Shown here in pieces: positions 1 through 10,708 of a DNA stretch of 64,000 bases (the first letter of the stretch is position 1; each line of letters starts with the position of its first letter). The position numbers and the translations under genes were made by a program. The notes beneath the pieces are model-generated. The model did not search any database, was not told the DNA's origin, and was given only the letters and a program-made list of their open reading frames with translations. Origin of the DNA: an uncultured Bacillota bacterium (GTDB lineage: Bacteria; Bacillota; DTU025; MWDF01); the NCBI GenBank assembly GCA_963823655.1, contig CAWGMK010000010.1, positions 64,001-128,000 of the forward strand, given 5' to 3'.

Positions 1-1955
1 CCGCGCGGCAGGTCCAGCTCGTAGAAGAGGACCTGCTCGAGCTGCTTGGGGCTGCCCAGGTTGAACTCGTGGCCGACCGATGCGTAGATGTCCTCGGCCA
101 GGCGGTCGATGGCCTCGCGGAACGTGCCCGCCAGCGCGGCCAGGGCGGCGCGGTCGAGGGCCACGCCGGTGGCCTCCATGTCGGCCAGGACCGGGCTCCA
201 GGGGCAGCTCCAGCTCGTCGAGGATGCGCCGCAGCGCCGGGCTCGGCCTCGAGGACGCCGACGAGCGCGCCCTGCGCGGCGCCGGCGGCGGCCGCCTCGA
301 CGGCCGCCTGCGTCCGCGGCGTCGCAGCTCGCCCGGCCGCGGGCAGGGCGACGTCCAGCCGCTCCGCGCAGATGTCCGCCAGCGACTGGCTGCGCAGGGC
401 CGCGTTGAGGATGTAGGCGGCCACCTGCGTGTCGAAGGCGACCGCGCGGCAGGATGCCCGCCGAGGCGCTCAGCGAGCTCGCTCGCGGTCGGGTCGCGCC
501 GCGACAGCTCCCAGACCAGCAGCGGCTTGACCTCGTGACCGACGAGCGGCCGACCGGCGGCCATGAGCGCCGCCCCGAAGGCCGTGGCGGCCTCGCCCGA
601 GGCGGCCACGAGGCGGCCGTCGGCGCCGGCCACGGCGAGGCCCATGAGCGTGCCGCGGCGCGGGCGCGGGTCGTCGAACACGGCGCCCACGACGAGCTCC
701 GGCTGGGACGCCAGCCAGCCAGCCAGGTCGCCCGCGTACGGCTCGACGCTGGATGGGTCGGCCAGCAGCGCTCGCAGGCGCGCCACCGGGACTCCGCCCG
801 CTGGGCCCGGGGCGCGTGTCGGCGCACCGCCGCGGTCGATCGGGCGACCACGGAGTCCTGGACATCCGTGGCAGGCTCCGTCTCCGGCCCATCGAAGAGG
901 CCCGGCGAGGCAGCCCCTGGCGGCTGGCAGCGGGCGGCAGGGGCGGCCACGGCCCCGAAGTCGAGGGTCAGCTGCAGGCCGCTGCCCTCCGCCGGCGCCC
1001 GCGGCGCCGGCCGTTGCCGAGCCCGGCCGGGGACCATGGCGGCCAGCATGGGCTCGTCGGGCTCAGCATCGGCGCGACCGGCGTCGGCCGCCTGGCCCGG
1101 CAGTCGGTCGACGAGCGAGCGGAACTCGTACTCGCGGAAGAGGCGCACGACCTCCGAGCGGTCGTAGTCGCCCAGCCGGGCGCCCTCGAGGTCCAGCGCG
1201 ATGGGCGCCAGGCGGTCGATGGTCACCAGCTCGCGCCAGAGCAGCACGTCGTCGCGGTGGTCCCGGAGCTTGTCGCGCAGCTTGTCCGGCCGGACCTCGT
1301 CGAGCCGGGCGAAGATGCCCTCCAGCGAGCCGAAGTCCACGAGCAGCTTGGCGGCCGTCTTGTCGCCCACGCCCGGGATGCCCGGGATGTTGTCGGTCGA
1401 ATCGCCCTTGAGCGCCTTGAAGTCGATCATCTGGCCGGGGTCGAGGCCGTAGCGCTCGTGGATGCGGGCGGGGTCGTAGATGACGGTCGACTGGACGCCC
1501 AGGCGGGTCGTCATGAGCTTGGTCCGCTCGGTGACCAGCTGCAGCATGTCCAGGTCGCCGGAGACGATGATGGTCTCCAGGTCGCGCAGCTCGGCCTGCC
1601 GGGAGAGCGAGCCGATGAGGTCGTCCGCCTCGTAGCCGGGCAGCTCGTAGATGGGGATGCCGAAGGCCGCCAGCGTCTCGCGGACGATGGGGAACTGGTC
1701 GCGCAGGTCGTCCGGCGTGGGGCGGCGCGTGGCCTTGTAGCCCTCGTAGCGGTCGGCGCGGAACGAGCGGCCCACGTCGAAGCAGCACATGACGTGGTCC
1801 GGCTTCATGTCCGCGAAGCCGCGCAGGACGATGGACCAGAAGCCGAAGGCGGCGTTGACGAGCTGGCCCTTGCTGGTGGTCAGCGGCGTCTCGAGCAGCG
1901 CGAAATAGGCCCGGTAGATGAGGCTGTGGGCGTCGAGGAGCATGAGCCGTTCCAC
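1..1955 (-). CDS. polA: DNA polymerase I, N-terminal part (5'-3' exonuclease onward; runs off the window edge; frameshifted)
   Basis: Manual minus-strand translation from GTG at 1955: VERLMLLDAHSLIYRAYFAL..TTSKGQLVNAAFGF..GYEADDLIG..IVSGDLDMLQL..ALKGDSTDNIPGIPGVGDKTA; near base 1, FNLGSPKQLEQVLF. Confidence 0.95.
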   Translation of the reverse strand, partial: MERLMLLDAHSLIYRAYFALLETPLTTSKGQLVNAAFGFWSIVLRGFADMKPDHVMCCFDVGRSFRADRYEGYKATRRPTPDDLRDQFPIVRETLAAFGIPIYELPGYEADDLIGSLSRQAELRDLETIIVSGDLDMLQLVTERTKLMTTRLGVQSTVIYDPARIHERYGLDPGQMIDFKALKGDSTDNIPGIPGVGDKTAAKLLVDFGSLEGIFARLDEVRPDKLRDKLRDHRDDVLLWRELVTIDRLAPIALDLEGARLGDYDRSEVVRLFREYEFRSLVDRLPGQAADAGRADAEPDEPMLAAMVPGRARQRPAPRAPAEGSGLQLTLDFGAVAAPAARCQPPGAASPGLFDGPETEPATDVQDSVVARSTAAVRRHAPRAQRAESRWRACERCWPTHPASSRTRATWLAGWRPSRSSSWAPCSTTRARAAARSWASPWPAPTAASWPPRARPPRPSGRRSWPPVGRSSVTRSSRCWSGSCRGATRPRASSLSASAGILPRGRLRHAGGRLHPQRGPAQPVAGGHLRGAAGRRPARGRASCDAADAGGRRGGRRRRRAGRARRRPRGRARRCGASSTSWSCPWSPVLADMEATGVALDRAALAALAGTFREAIDRLAEDIYASVGHEFNLGSPKQLEQVLFYELDLPR

Positions 1956-2057
1956 TGCCCGCGAGTGTAGCCCTCGGCCGGGGCCCGCCCGAGGGTCCGC
2001 GCCGCCCGTGGGTGCCAACGCCCGGCGGCCCGACGGCCGGCGAGCCGTGGATCGCAG

Positions 2058-3074
2058 CTAGCGCAGCAGCGGGTCCGCCGCCCGGCGCGACAGCCAGGTG
2101 AGCAGCAGCAGGACGCCGCCGACCACGGCCAGCAGGACGCCGATGCCGAGGAGGACCGACTCGAGCGAGCGGATCCCCACGCGTCGAGCTCGGTCGAGCC
2201 TGCGGCTGCGGGCGTGGCGCCATCGGTGACGGCCTCCTCGACCGCCAGCGGCTTCGAGGCGGTGCTTCGGCAGCCCCCGCCTGTGAGGGCGCGGCCGCGC
2301 CGGCGAGTGGCTGGCTGACATCGGCCGCATCCGTGCCCGGCTCGTCGACCAGGGCCTTGGCCTGCAGGGTCTCGTCATCCTGGGTGGCAGCCAGGTCGTC
2401 CCGGGACACGTCCCTGCTGCCTCGGCTGTCAGCCGCGCCGACGCGCTCCTCGGCCGTGCGCCTCCGCGGCACTGAAGGCCTCGACCTCGGCGGCGTTGCG
2501 CTCCGAGGCGGCCAGGTCGCTCGTCTCGGACGTCGCGGCTGAGGCCAGCAGCCAGCTGGCGCATCGGCGCGGCAGCCGCGTCGTCGACCGGTGGCGGCAG
2601 ACGATGCCATCGGCGGCGCCTGCATCTGCATGGTGAGGGCCGGGCTGGCGGCTGGGTCCGCCGGGACCAGGGCCGCATCATCAGCTGGCCACACGGCGCC
2701 GGCGACCATGAAGAGGAGGCCCACCGAGAGGATGCCTGCCGCGGCCGGGCGCAGGGCGCCCGCCTGCGGCACGGAGAGGCGACGCAGGAAGCGCTGCACC
2801 GCTGAGCCGCGCAACTCGCGCCGCGTGCTCGGGGTCGATGCGGAAGTCGCGTCGTCGCGGAGGCAGCGGCTCCCAGGCCACGGCGGCGGAGATGGCCCGC
2901 AGGTCGGCCGCCAGCGAGGCGCAGGCGGCGCAGCGAGCCACGAGGTGCGCCGCCTCATGCTGCTGGTCGGCGGTCAGGGGGTCGCCCGCGGCCAGCTGCG
3001 CGATGAGCAGGGGGTCGTGCTGCCCGTGGTCGCACGGGCGGCGGCGCGGGCGTCGGGACTGGCATGTCTCTCAT
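2058..3074 (-). CDS. Anti-sigma factor (zinc-finger HxxxCxxC type, TM helix, Ala-rich extracytoplasmic region); frameshifted
   Basis: HLVARCAACASLAADLRAI, PRRRDFRI, TM AAAGILSVGLLFMVAGAVW, C-terminal TM; lies directly downstream of the ECF sigma. Confidence 0.75.
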
Positions 3075-3083
3075 CAGACGCCC

Positions 3084-3671
3084 CTAGCCACGGAAGAGTT
3101 CCATGGCCGGTCCGAGCCGCTCCCGCAGCGCTGACGCGGCCGCGATGGATGCGGGACTTGACGGTGCCCACGCTGACGCCCGTCAGCTCGGCGATCTCGG
3201 CGTAGTCGTAGCCCTGCACGTCGAAGAGGACGATGGCGGTGCGCTGGTCCTCGGTGATGCCGTCCATGGCCTGGGCCAGCGCGGCACGCTGCCGGGCCAG
3301 CAGCGCGACCTGCTCAGGCCCCTCCGACTCCGGGGCCGGCGGCTGCCAGGCCTCGTCCTCCCACTCCGGGTAGGGGTCCGCGGGGCGGCGCTTGCGCTTG
3401 CGCAGGATGTCCTTGGCGGCGTTGAGGGCGATGCGCGTCAGCCAGGCCCGGAAGGACGGCCCGCTGAAGCGCTCCAGGTTGCGGTAGGCGCTGAAGAACG
3501 CTTCCTGGACGGCATCCTCGGCGATGTCCCGGTCCCGCACGATGCGCAGGGTCATGCCGTAGAGATAGTCCTGGTAGAGGCCCACGAGCTGGTCGAAGGC
3601 CGCGAGCTGGCCCGCCAGAGCCTCGGCTACGAGCGCCCGGTCACGGGCATTCTCGGGCGCCCGCGTTGCAT
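3084..3671 (-). CDS. ECF sigma-70 factor (start approximate, frameshift near the C-terminus)
   Basis: AFDQLVGLYQ..AEDAVQEAFFSAYRNL..SFRAWLTRIALN..YAEIAELTGVSVGTVKSRIHRGR. Confidence 0.93.
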
Positions 3672-3677
3672 CCCCGC

Positions 3678-4739
3678 TCAGAGCCAGCCGCGATTCCGGA
3701 AGAAGGCCACCATGCCGACGAGGATGATGGCCATGGCCAGGACGATGACCCAGAAGGCGGTGGACGTCTGCTCACCCGGGAAGAGGACGTTCATGCCGAA
3801 GATGCTGGCCACGAGGGTCAGCGGCAGGACGATGACGCTGAAGGAGGTCAGGACCCGCAGGATGTCGTTGACGTTGTGCGAGAGGACCGACTCGTTCGTG
3901 GACTCCAGGCCCTCGATGACCTCCTTGTAGTTCTCCAGGGTGTCCCAGATGCGCTCCGAGGCGTCGATGACGTCGTCGAAGTAGACGTCCAGCTCTTCCG
4001 GCGTGGTGATGTCCATGGCTCGCTCGAGGTCGCGGAAGGCCACGCGCTGGGGGCGCACGATGCGCCGGAAGTTGATGATCTGCTGCTTGAGGTTGGAGAT
4101 GTCGCGCACGACCTCCTCGGAACGGCCCTCGAAGATGTCGTCCTCGATCTTCTCGAGCTTCTGGCCCATCTTGCGCAGCATGGGGAACGAGGCGTCCACC
4201 GCGTGGTCGACGATCTTGTAGAGCAGGAAGGCGGCGCCCTTCTCGAAGTAGCCCTCGCGGACCTCCTCGCTCTCCTGGCAGCGCGCGAAGAGGCTGTCGA
4301 TGGGCTCCAGGTCCGCGTTGGGCATGGTGATGACGTAGTCGGCGCCGACGAAGAGGTCCAGCTCGACGACGTTGAGCCGCTCGCGGTCGCGGTCGAAGCG
4401 CGGGAACTGCAGGACCACGAAGAAGTAGTCGTCGTAGCGGTCCACCTTGGGGCGCTGGTTGCGCGAGTAGATGTCCTCGTAGTCGAGCGGGTGGAACTGG
4501 AAGCGCTCCTCCAGCCAATCCTGGTCCGCCTGGCGGGGCTTGGGGATGTGGATCCAGCGGATGCCGCTGCTGGTGACGATCGACGGGTCAGCCTGGGGCT
4601 CCTCAGGCAGCGCCAGCGTGGTCCGGCCACGGCGCACGGGGCGCACGGGCAGACGGGGCGGGCGGATGACGGGCACGTCAGGCCGCTCCCGGGAGATCGC
4701 GGGAGGCGCAGCCCACGTTTCGGTCGCGGTTCCGGTCAC
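3678..4739 (-). CDS. corA: CorA-family Mg2+/Co2+ transporter
   Basis: FHPLDYED, QRPKVDRY, IFGMN signature followed by two C-terminal TM helices. Confidence 0.95.
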   Translation of the reverse strand: MTGTATETWAAPPAISRERPDVPVIRPPRLPVRPVRRGRTTLALPEEPQADPSIVTSSGIRWIHIPKPRQADQDWLEERFQFHPLDYEDIYSRNQRPKVDRYDDYFFVVLQFPRFDRDRERLNVVELDLFVGADYVITMPNADLEPIDSLFARCQESEEVREGYFEKGAAFLLYKIVDHAVDASFPMLRKMGQKLEKIEDDIFEGRSEEVVRDISNLKQQIINFRRIVRPQRVAFRDLERAMDITTPEELDVYFDDVIDASERIWDTLENYKEVIEGLESTNESVLSHNVNDILRVLTSFSVIVLPLTLVASIFGMNVLFPGEQTSTAFWVIVLAMAIILVGMVAFFRNRGWL

Positions 4740-4871
4740 TCACGACGACATCCTCCGGAGACCATCGGCAAAGCTGGCGTTTCGCGAGTCTACACCGGCC
4801 GCGGGACCGGACCGCCGCCGCTCCGCCAGCCGAAGCAGGAGCCGATCTGGAGACCTTCGGCGCCCGGGCGG

Positions 4872-5448
4872 TCAGCCCTTGGGACCGATGAACTCGTCGA
4901 GGATGGCGACGCTCCGACGGTGGGCGATGGAAACGTCATAGCGGCGGTTGGGCCGACACTCCACGCCGATCATCCCGCACACGTGGACGAAGATCCCCAT
5001 GATGTCCGCGGAGCGGTTCGTGAAGAAGTAGCGAGGGTACTCGTACCGCGTGCCGATGCGGTTCCGGACGCGGTTCGTGACCCGACAGCCGTCGGAGTGG
5101 ATAAGACCCTTGACCAGCTCCCGCGGGTACGACTCGACGAGGTCCCACTGCCAGGGTTCGAGCTCGATCCTGCGGAGGTGCTTGGGGCCCGGGCCGACCT
5201 GTGGGAAGACGCACGGCCAGTGCTTCCAGTAGCAGTTGATATCCACGCAGCCGATGCGGCTCACGACGCCGGGCTTCTTGCCGGTGACCTCGGCGATGGC
5301 CGCCTTGCAGCTGCTCGATGAGCCCCGGGTACCGGCTGTCCTGTGAGATGCGGAGCCTCCACACATCGCGGGCACCACGCGAGATGACACCATCACCCAG
5401 ATAGAGACCCAGCAGATACACATACGCACGATCGAGGCCACGAGTCAT
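4872..5448 (-). CDS. Double-motif LAGLIDADG-like (homing endonuclease fold) protein; one frameshift near 5310
   Basis: Joining two frames gives YVYLLGLYLGDG (motif 1) ... WKHWPCVFPQ.GPGPKH ... LVKGLIHSDG (motif 2) ... YPRYFFTNRSADI ... LDEFIGPK; resembles tRNA-adjacent actinobacterial proteins. Confidence 0.75.
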
Positions 5449-5512
5449 CGATGCAGAGCGTTGGCTCAGGTGGCACAGCCCGGCACCGGGGCCGCGACTC
5501 GGACTGATCGCT

Positions 5513-5598
5513 TGGTGCGGCGGGTGGGATTCGAACCCACACGTCCTTTCGGACAATGGATTTTGAGGCCATCGCGTCAGCCGTTGCGCCACCGCCGC
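5513..5598 (-). tRNA. tRNA-Leu(CAA)
   Basis: Reverse complement GCGGCGGTGGCGCAACGGCTGACGCGATGGCCTCAAAATCCATTGTCCGAAAGGACGTGTGGGTTCGAATCCCACCCGCCGCACCA: loop CTCAAAA, long variable arm, GTTCGAAT T-loop, encoded CCA. Confidence 0.95.
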
Positions 5599-5607
5599 AG
5601 GGCCTCC

Positions 5608-5652
5608 ACTATAGCGGAGGCTGATGGGGCGAGTAATAGAACATCTATTCGA
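5608..5652 (-). promoter_or_regulatory. Putative tRNA promoter (-10 TATAGT at 5613-5608, weak -35 TTACTC at 5636-5631) abutting a LexA/SOS-box-like palindrome at 5637-5652
   Basis: TAGAACATCTATTCGA is one mismatch from the GAAC-N4-GTTC core; 17-bp spacing between -10 and -35. Confidence 0.5.
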
Positions 5653-5825
5653 TTCCGGCAAGTGGCTTTCCGAGCCAGACCCAGCCGTCCTCAGGCGTTG
5701 GCCGCGTGGCTGTGTGGGGCTCGACTGCCACCTTCGCCCCACCGTGCCGAACGGCTAGCGGCCGCAGGACGGCGCGCGCATACTGCGCCGCATCGACCGC
5801 AGGGTCGTCGCATGGAGGCTGACCC

Positions 5826-6209
5826 ATGACGCGCGTGCTCGTCGTCCACCACGACATCGACCTGGCTGACCAGGAGGTCGACTCCCTGAGGCGGATGGGC
5901 TACGAGCCCGTGGAGTGCTCGGGTCCATCCGGCTACTCCTGCCCCGTCCTGCGTGGCGAGCACTGCCCGGCCGTCCAGGACGCGGACGTGCTCGTCTACG
6001 ACGTCTGGTCGACGATGGAATCGGGCAGCGGTCGTTCCCTCATCGAGGGCCTGCGAGAGCTCCATCCGGATATCCCCATCGTGCTCACGGCCCCTGGCAT
6101 GGAGCTCGACTGGGTGGAGGTGGAAGGCGCCCACAAGGTCGTGCCGCTGGTGGGCATCCCCACCGCAGAGAAGCTGGACGCGGCCATCAAGGAGGCCCTG
6201 GCCAGGTAG
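5826..6209 (+). CDS. Single-domain receiver-like protein with a three-Cys insertion
   Basis: RVLVVHHD..ADVLVYDV..LIEGLRELHPDIPIVLTA..LDAAIKEAL; GGAGG RBS upstream. Confidence 0.7.
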   Translation: MTRVLVVHHDIDLADQEVDSLRRMGYEPVECSGPSGYSCPVLRGEHCPAVQDADVLVYDVWSTMESGSGRSLIEGLRELHPDIPIVLTAPGMELDWVEVEGAHKVVPLVGIPTAEKLDAAIKEALAR

Positions 6210-6406
6210 GGTCGCTCCCCCTGCGGGGCGCCGGCCGAGCGACGGACCAGCCCGGGTTCAGTTGAAGAGGCGGCCCAGCCAGCGCCAGCGCGCGACCTCG
6301 GGGAGCTTCGCATCGATTCGCGCACTGCGGCCCGGGAGCTCCCCGTCAAGGATCGATCGATCGGCTGCGGGTGCCGGGGACGCGACTCGGTGTGCGTCAT
6401 GGCGGC

Positions 6407-7230
6407 TCAGGTCACCCTGCCAGCGCCGGCCAGGTGGGCCGCCATCCAATCCACGCCGAAGCCAACGAGGTCCGCGGCGTCGATGAGCTCGCTGTTGGCC
6501 GCGCCGACCGGTCCGACGCTGGCCCGCCCGAGGGACAGGTAGTCCGCCAGGATGTCAGCGAAGTAGTCCCGTCCCGGCAGGTAATCCACGATCCCGTGCT
6601 GTCATCGAGGCAGTCCACGACGCGGACCTCGCTGCCCCAGGCCGTGCGGACACGGCGGTAGCGGCGCACACGTCGCTTGGGCTCGATCGGCGCAAGGTAC
6701 TCGGCGTAGTGCAGGAGCGTCGTGGTGGCTGGGTCGGCACCGAGGCGCAGGACCCGGCCACGAGCCTGAAGCAGCTCCTCGAGGGGGGAGCCGGGTCCGA
6801 AGTAGTCGTCCCATGGCACCGTGGCGAGCCAGCGCTCGGCGAGCCGCCCGGCTGCCCCGAAGCGGCCCTCCGGATGATCGCTCACGCGCGTCCCGGGTCG
6901 GCGACGGAAGACCTCGGCCAGGGCGCCGACCTCGGGGTCGGCGGGCGTCGTCGTGGCATCGAAGGGCTCGGCGTCCGCGAGCAGCGCGGGTCGCTCAGCC
7001 TCGGACCGCTCGTTCACCCACGCCCACTCGTCGGCGGCTCCCAGCACCATGAGCATCGTGCCCTGCGGGCCGATGGCCTCGAGGATGGCGTCGATGACAC
7101 CCTCGGCGCCGCCCTCGACCGGGCCGATCCGCCGCAGGGAGGCATGCACCATGAGCGCATCGCCCGTCACCACGCCGAGCGCACGCAGGTCGCGTGCCAG
7201 GGCGCCGGGCGGACGCACGTGGGTCGGCAT
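6407..7230 (-). CDS. Aminoglycoside N(3)-acetyltransferase family protein (Antibiotic_NAT); frameshift near 6590
   Basis: LRALGV..GDALMVHASLRRIGPVEGGAEGVIDA..SDHPEGRFGAAG..GSPL..GRVLRLGA..TTLLHYAEYLA. Confidence 0.9.
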
Positions 7231-7288
7231 GCCGGAACGATACGACGCACGACCCGAGGTCCTCGCCGCCCCGCTAGGATTCGACGCG

Positions 7289-7997
7289 ATGCGCCCGCAC
7301 GTGCTCGTGAACATGGCCGTCAGCGCCGATGGCAAGATCGACTCGCGAGAGCGTCGCGGTGCACGGATCTCCGGCACGGCCGACACGGCACGGGTGGATC
7401 GCCTTCGCGCCGCCGCGGATGCCGTGATGGTCGGGGGTCGCACGCTGCTGGGCGAGGACCCCCGCCTGACCGTGCGCGACGCGGCCCTGAGCGGCGGCCG
7501 CCAGGCGGCCGGTCGCACGGCGCAGCCGGCCAAGGTCGGCGTGACCTCGCGCATCGGACAGCCCGGGGGGGATGCCCCTGCCCTGCCCTTCCCGAGCCAC
7601 TTCCTGAGTGACGGCGGCGCGACCGTCTTCGTGGCCACCACGCGCGCCACGGACGCCGAGGCCCGAGAGTGGCTCAGCGGCCCAGGGCGTCAGCCTCATC
7701 GTCCACGAGGGAACGCGCGTGGACCTCGCTCGGCTCCTGGACGAGCTCGGTGAGCAGGGCATCGCGCAGCTCATGGTCGAGGGCGGGGGCACCCTCGTCG
7801 CCGCGCTCCTGGAGGCCGGGCTGGTGGACGAGCTGCAGCTGGCCGTGGCTCCCCTCCTGCTCGGGGGTGAAGACGCCCCGACACCCGTGGGTGGGCCGGG
7901 CTGGCCGCTGGCCGGGGCCGTCCACCTCACCCTCCTGGGCACCGAGATCGATGAGGATGACGACGTGATCCTGCGCTATGGCATCGGGCGGGGCTGA
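7289..7997 (+). CDS. RibD C-terminal-domain (DHFR-like) pyrimidine reductase; frameshift near 7680
   Basis: RPHVLVNMAVSADGKI..RLRAAADAVMVGGRTLLGEDPRLTVR..LMVEGGGTL..GLVDELQLAVAPLLLGG. Confidence 0.9.
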
Positions 7998-8001
7998 CCT
8001 C

Positions 8002-10625
8002 ATGGCTGACGCCGATCCGGCCCCGAGCCCGGAGTCGCCACCCGGGCGCGCGGCCCCCGACCTTGACGCCGACACGCCTGTCGACCTGCCGCCCACCCTG
8101 CCCAGCGGCCTGAGCGAGGAGGAGGCCGCCGATCGGCGCGCCCGAGGCCTCGGCAACGTGGCTCCTCCGGCCACCACGCGCACGTACACGGCCATCGTCC
8201 GCGAGAACGTCTTCACCTTCGTCAACAACGTCCTCTTCCTGATGGGCCTTGCCCTGGTCCTCGTGGGCCGGCCCTTCGACGCCTTCGTCTCCCTTGCCGT
8301 CATCAGCACCAACATCCTGGTCGGCATCGTCCAGGAGGTGCGCGCCAAGCAGACGCTGGACCGCATCGCCCTGCTCACACGGCCGACGGCCAAGGTCGTG
8401 CGCGACGGCGACGTGCGCGAGGTGCGACCGGAGGAGCTCGTCGTCGGCGACCTCATCGCCGTCGAGGCCGGCGACCAGATCGTCGTGGACGGCCGATTGG
8501 CGGAGGGCCGCATCGAGGTCGACGAGTCACAGCTCACCGGGGAGTCGGACCTGGTGCCGAAGCGGCCGGGCGACCGGGTCTTCTCAGGCAGCTACCCGAC
8601 CTCCGGGCGGGGCCGCTACGTGGCGGAGACGGTCGGCGAGGCCAGCCTGGCCGGCCGCATCACGACCGGGGCGCGCACGTTCCGACGCACGTTGACGCCA
8701 TTGCAGCGCGAGATCCAGACCGTCATCCGGGTGACGCTGGCCATCGTGCTGTACCTGCAGCTGCTGCTCGTCGTCAAGAACGTCCTGCTTGACGTGCCGC
8801 TCGACGAGGCCGTCATCGAGGCCACCGTCCTGGTCGGCCTCATCCCCAACGGCCTCTTCGTGTCCATCGCCATCGCCTACGCCCTGGCGGCCGTGCGCAT
8901 GACCCGCTACGGCGCGCTGGTGCAGCAGGCCAACGCGGTCGAATCGCTCAGCCACGTGGACATGCTCTGCGTGGACAAGACGGGCACGCTCACGGCCAAC
9001 CAGCTGGAGCTTGAGCAGATCGTGCCGCTGGAGGGCGAGGAGGCCAGCGCGCGCGCGGCCGTGGCGCTCATGGTCGCCAGCAGCGCCGCCCTCAACAAGA
9101 CCAGCGAGGCCATCGCCGCCGCCGTGCCGGTGGCGGGTCGCGCGCCGATCGAGGAAGCGCCGTTCTCGTCAGCCCGCAAGTGGAGCGCGGTCAGCCTGCC
9201 GCCTGGCGATGAGCCCGATGCCGCGCCGGGCGGCACGTACGCCATGGGCGCGCCGACCTTCCTGCAGCGCTATCTCGCGGTGAGCGATGCGGAGTGGCGC
9301 AACATCGAGGGTCTCGTGGCCCACCACGCCGCACAGGGCATGCGGGTCCTGCTGGCCGCCTGGAGCCCGGATGCGACGACCTTGGTCGACGAGGGCGATG
9401 CCTCCGTCCTGCCGGCTGACTCACGGCCCTACGCGCTCATCGTCCTGCGGGACGTCCTGCGCCAGGACGCGGCCGAGACCCTGCGGCGCTTCCGTGACAT
9501 GGGCGTGGACGTGCGCGTCATCTCCGGCGACGACCCGGACACGGTGGCCACGCTGGCGCGCCAGGCCGGCCTGGACACGAGCCGGGGCGTGGTCTCCGGT
9601 CCCGAGCTGGAGGCCATGGACGACGACCGTTTCAGCAGCGTCGCCGAGCGGACGGCTGTCTTCGGCCGCATCACGCCCGCAGCTCAAGGAGCGGCTCGTG
9701 GGCACCTTCCGCGAGCAGGGGCACTACGTGGCCATGACCGGGGACGGCGTCAACGACGTGCTCTCGCTGAAGCGCTCCAACCTGGCCATCGCCATGGGCA
9801 GCGGCAGCCAGGCGACGCGCGGCGTGGCGGACCTCATCCTCATCGACGATGGCTTCTCGGCCCTGGCCTCGGCCATCGGCGAGGGCCAGCGCATCCTCAA
9901 CGGGATGCAGGACATCCTGCGCGTCTTCCTGACCCGCATCCTGTCGCTGGGCATGCTCATCGTCTCCGCCCTGGTCATCGGCTTCTTCCCGGTCGACCTG
10001 CGCAACGCCTCGGTCATCACGCTCTTCACGGTCGGCATCCCCACCGCCCTGCTGGCCATCTGGGCACGGCCCGGTCGCCTGCCCCGGGAGACGCTCCAGC
10101 AGACGCTGGCGCGCTTCGTCGTGCCCCCGGCGGCCGTGGCCTCCTTCCTGGGCCTCCTGGTGGCCGCGGTCGTGCTGCTCATGGCCGAGGCGGACCGCGA
10201 CGCCGGCCTCGTCGAAGCGGCGAGCGTGGAGCCCCTGGCTCGCACGGCCGTGACGGCCTTCCTCGTCAGCGTCGGCCTGCTGCTGCTGCTCTTCGTGGAG
10301 CCGCCGACCGATCGTCTCGCGGTCATCGAGCCCGTCTCGCCGGACAGGCGGCCGAGCCTGGCTGGCGCTGATCCTGGCGATCGCCTTCGCCATCGTGCTG
10401 GTCGTGCCGCCCCTGCGGGCCTTCTTCAATCTGCACCCCCTGGGTCCGCGCGAGGTGCTCGTCGTGCTCGTCGGCCCTGGCGGCGTGGGCGGCCCTCGTG
10501 TGGGTCTTCTGGCGGGGGCGCTTCGTGGACCGCTTCCTGGGCGTCGCCCCACCGGCGACCCCTCGAGGCGCCCGGTGCCACCGGAACGGCTACGAGCGCA
10601 CGAGCGGGGAACCGGCGCGACGTAG
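8002..10625 (+). CDS. P-type ATPase (CtpE-like HAD-IC); frameshifts near 9678 and 10360, end approximate
   Basis: VDESQLTGES, DKTGTLT, PFSSARKWS, VISGD, MTGDGVND motifs. Confidence 0.93.
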
Positions 10626-10708
10626 ACTGCGTCATAGCGCGGCGACGGGATCGTGGGCGACTGCGCACGACTCCGCACAGTCCAATGACGCATGAGGAGG
10701 TCGATCGC

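Noticed and set aside
5560-5570. C-U mismatch at the base of the tRNA anticodon stem as a sign of a pseudo-tRNA or recoding
   Set aside because: Single mismatch in error-prone data; the rest of the cloverleaf and the CCA end are normal
6258-6410. Small minus-strand ORF downstream of AAC(3) ending RWRWLGRLFN
   Set aside because: Too short and frame-ambiguous to support as a gene
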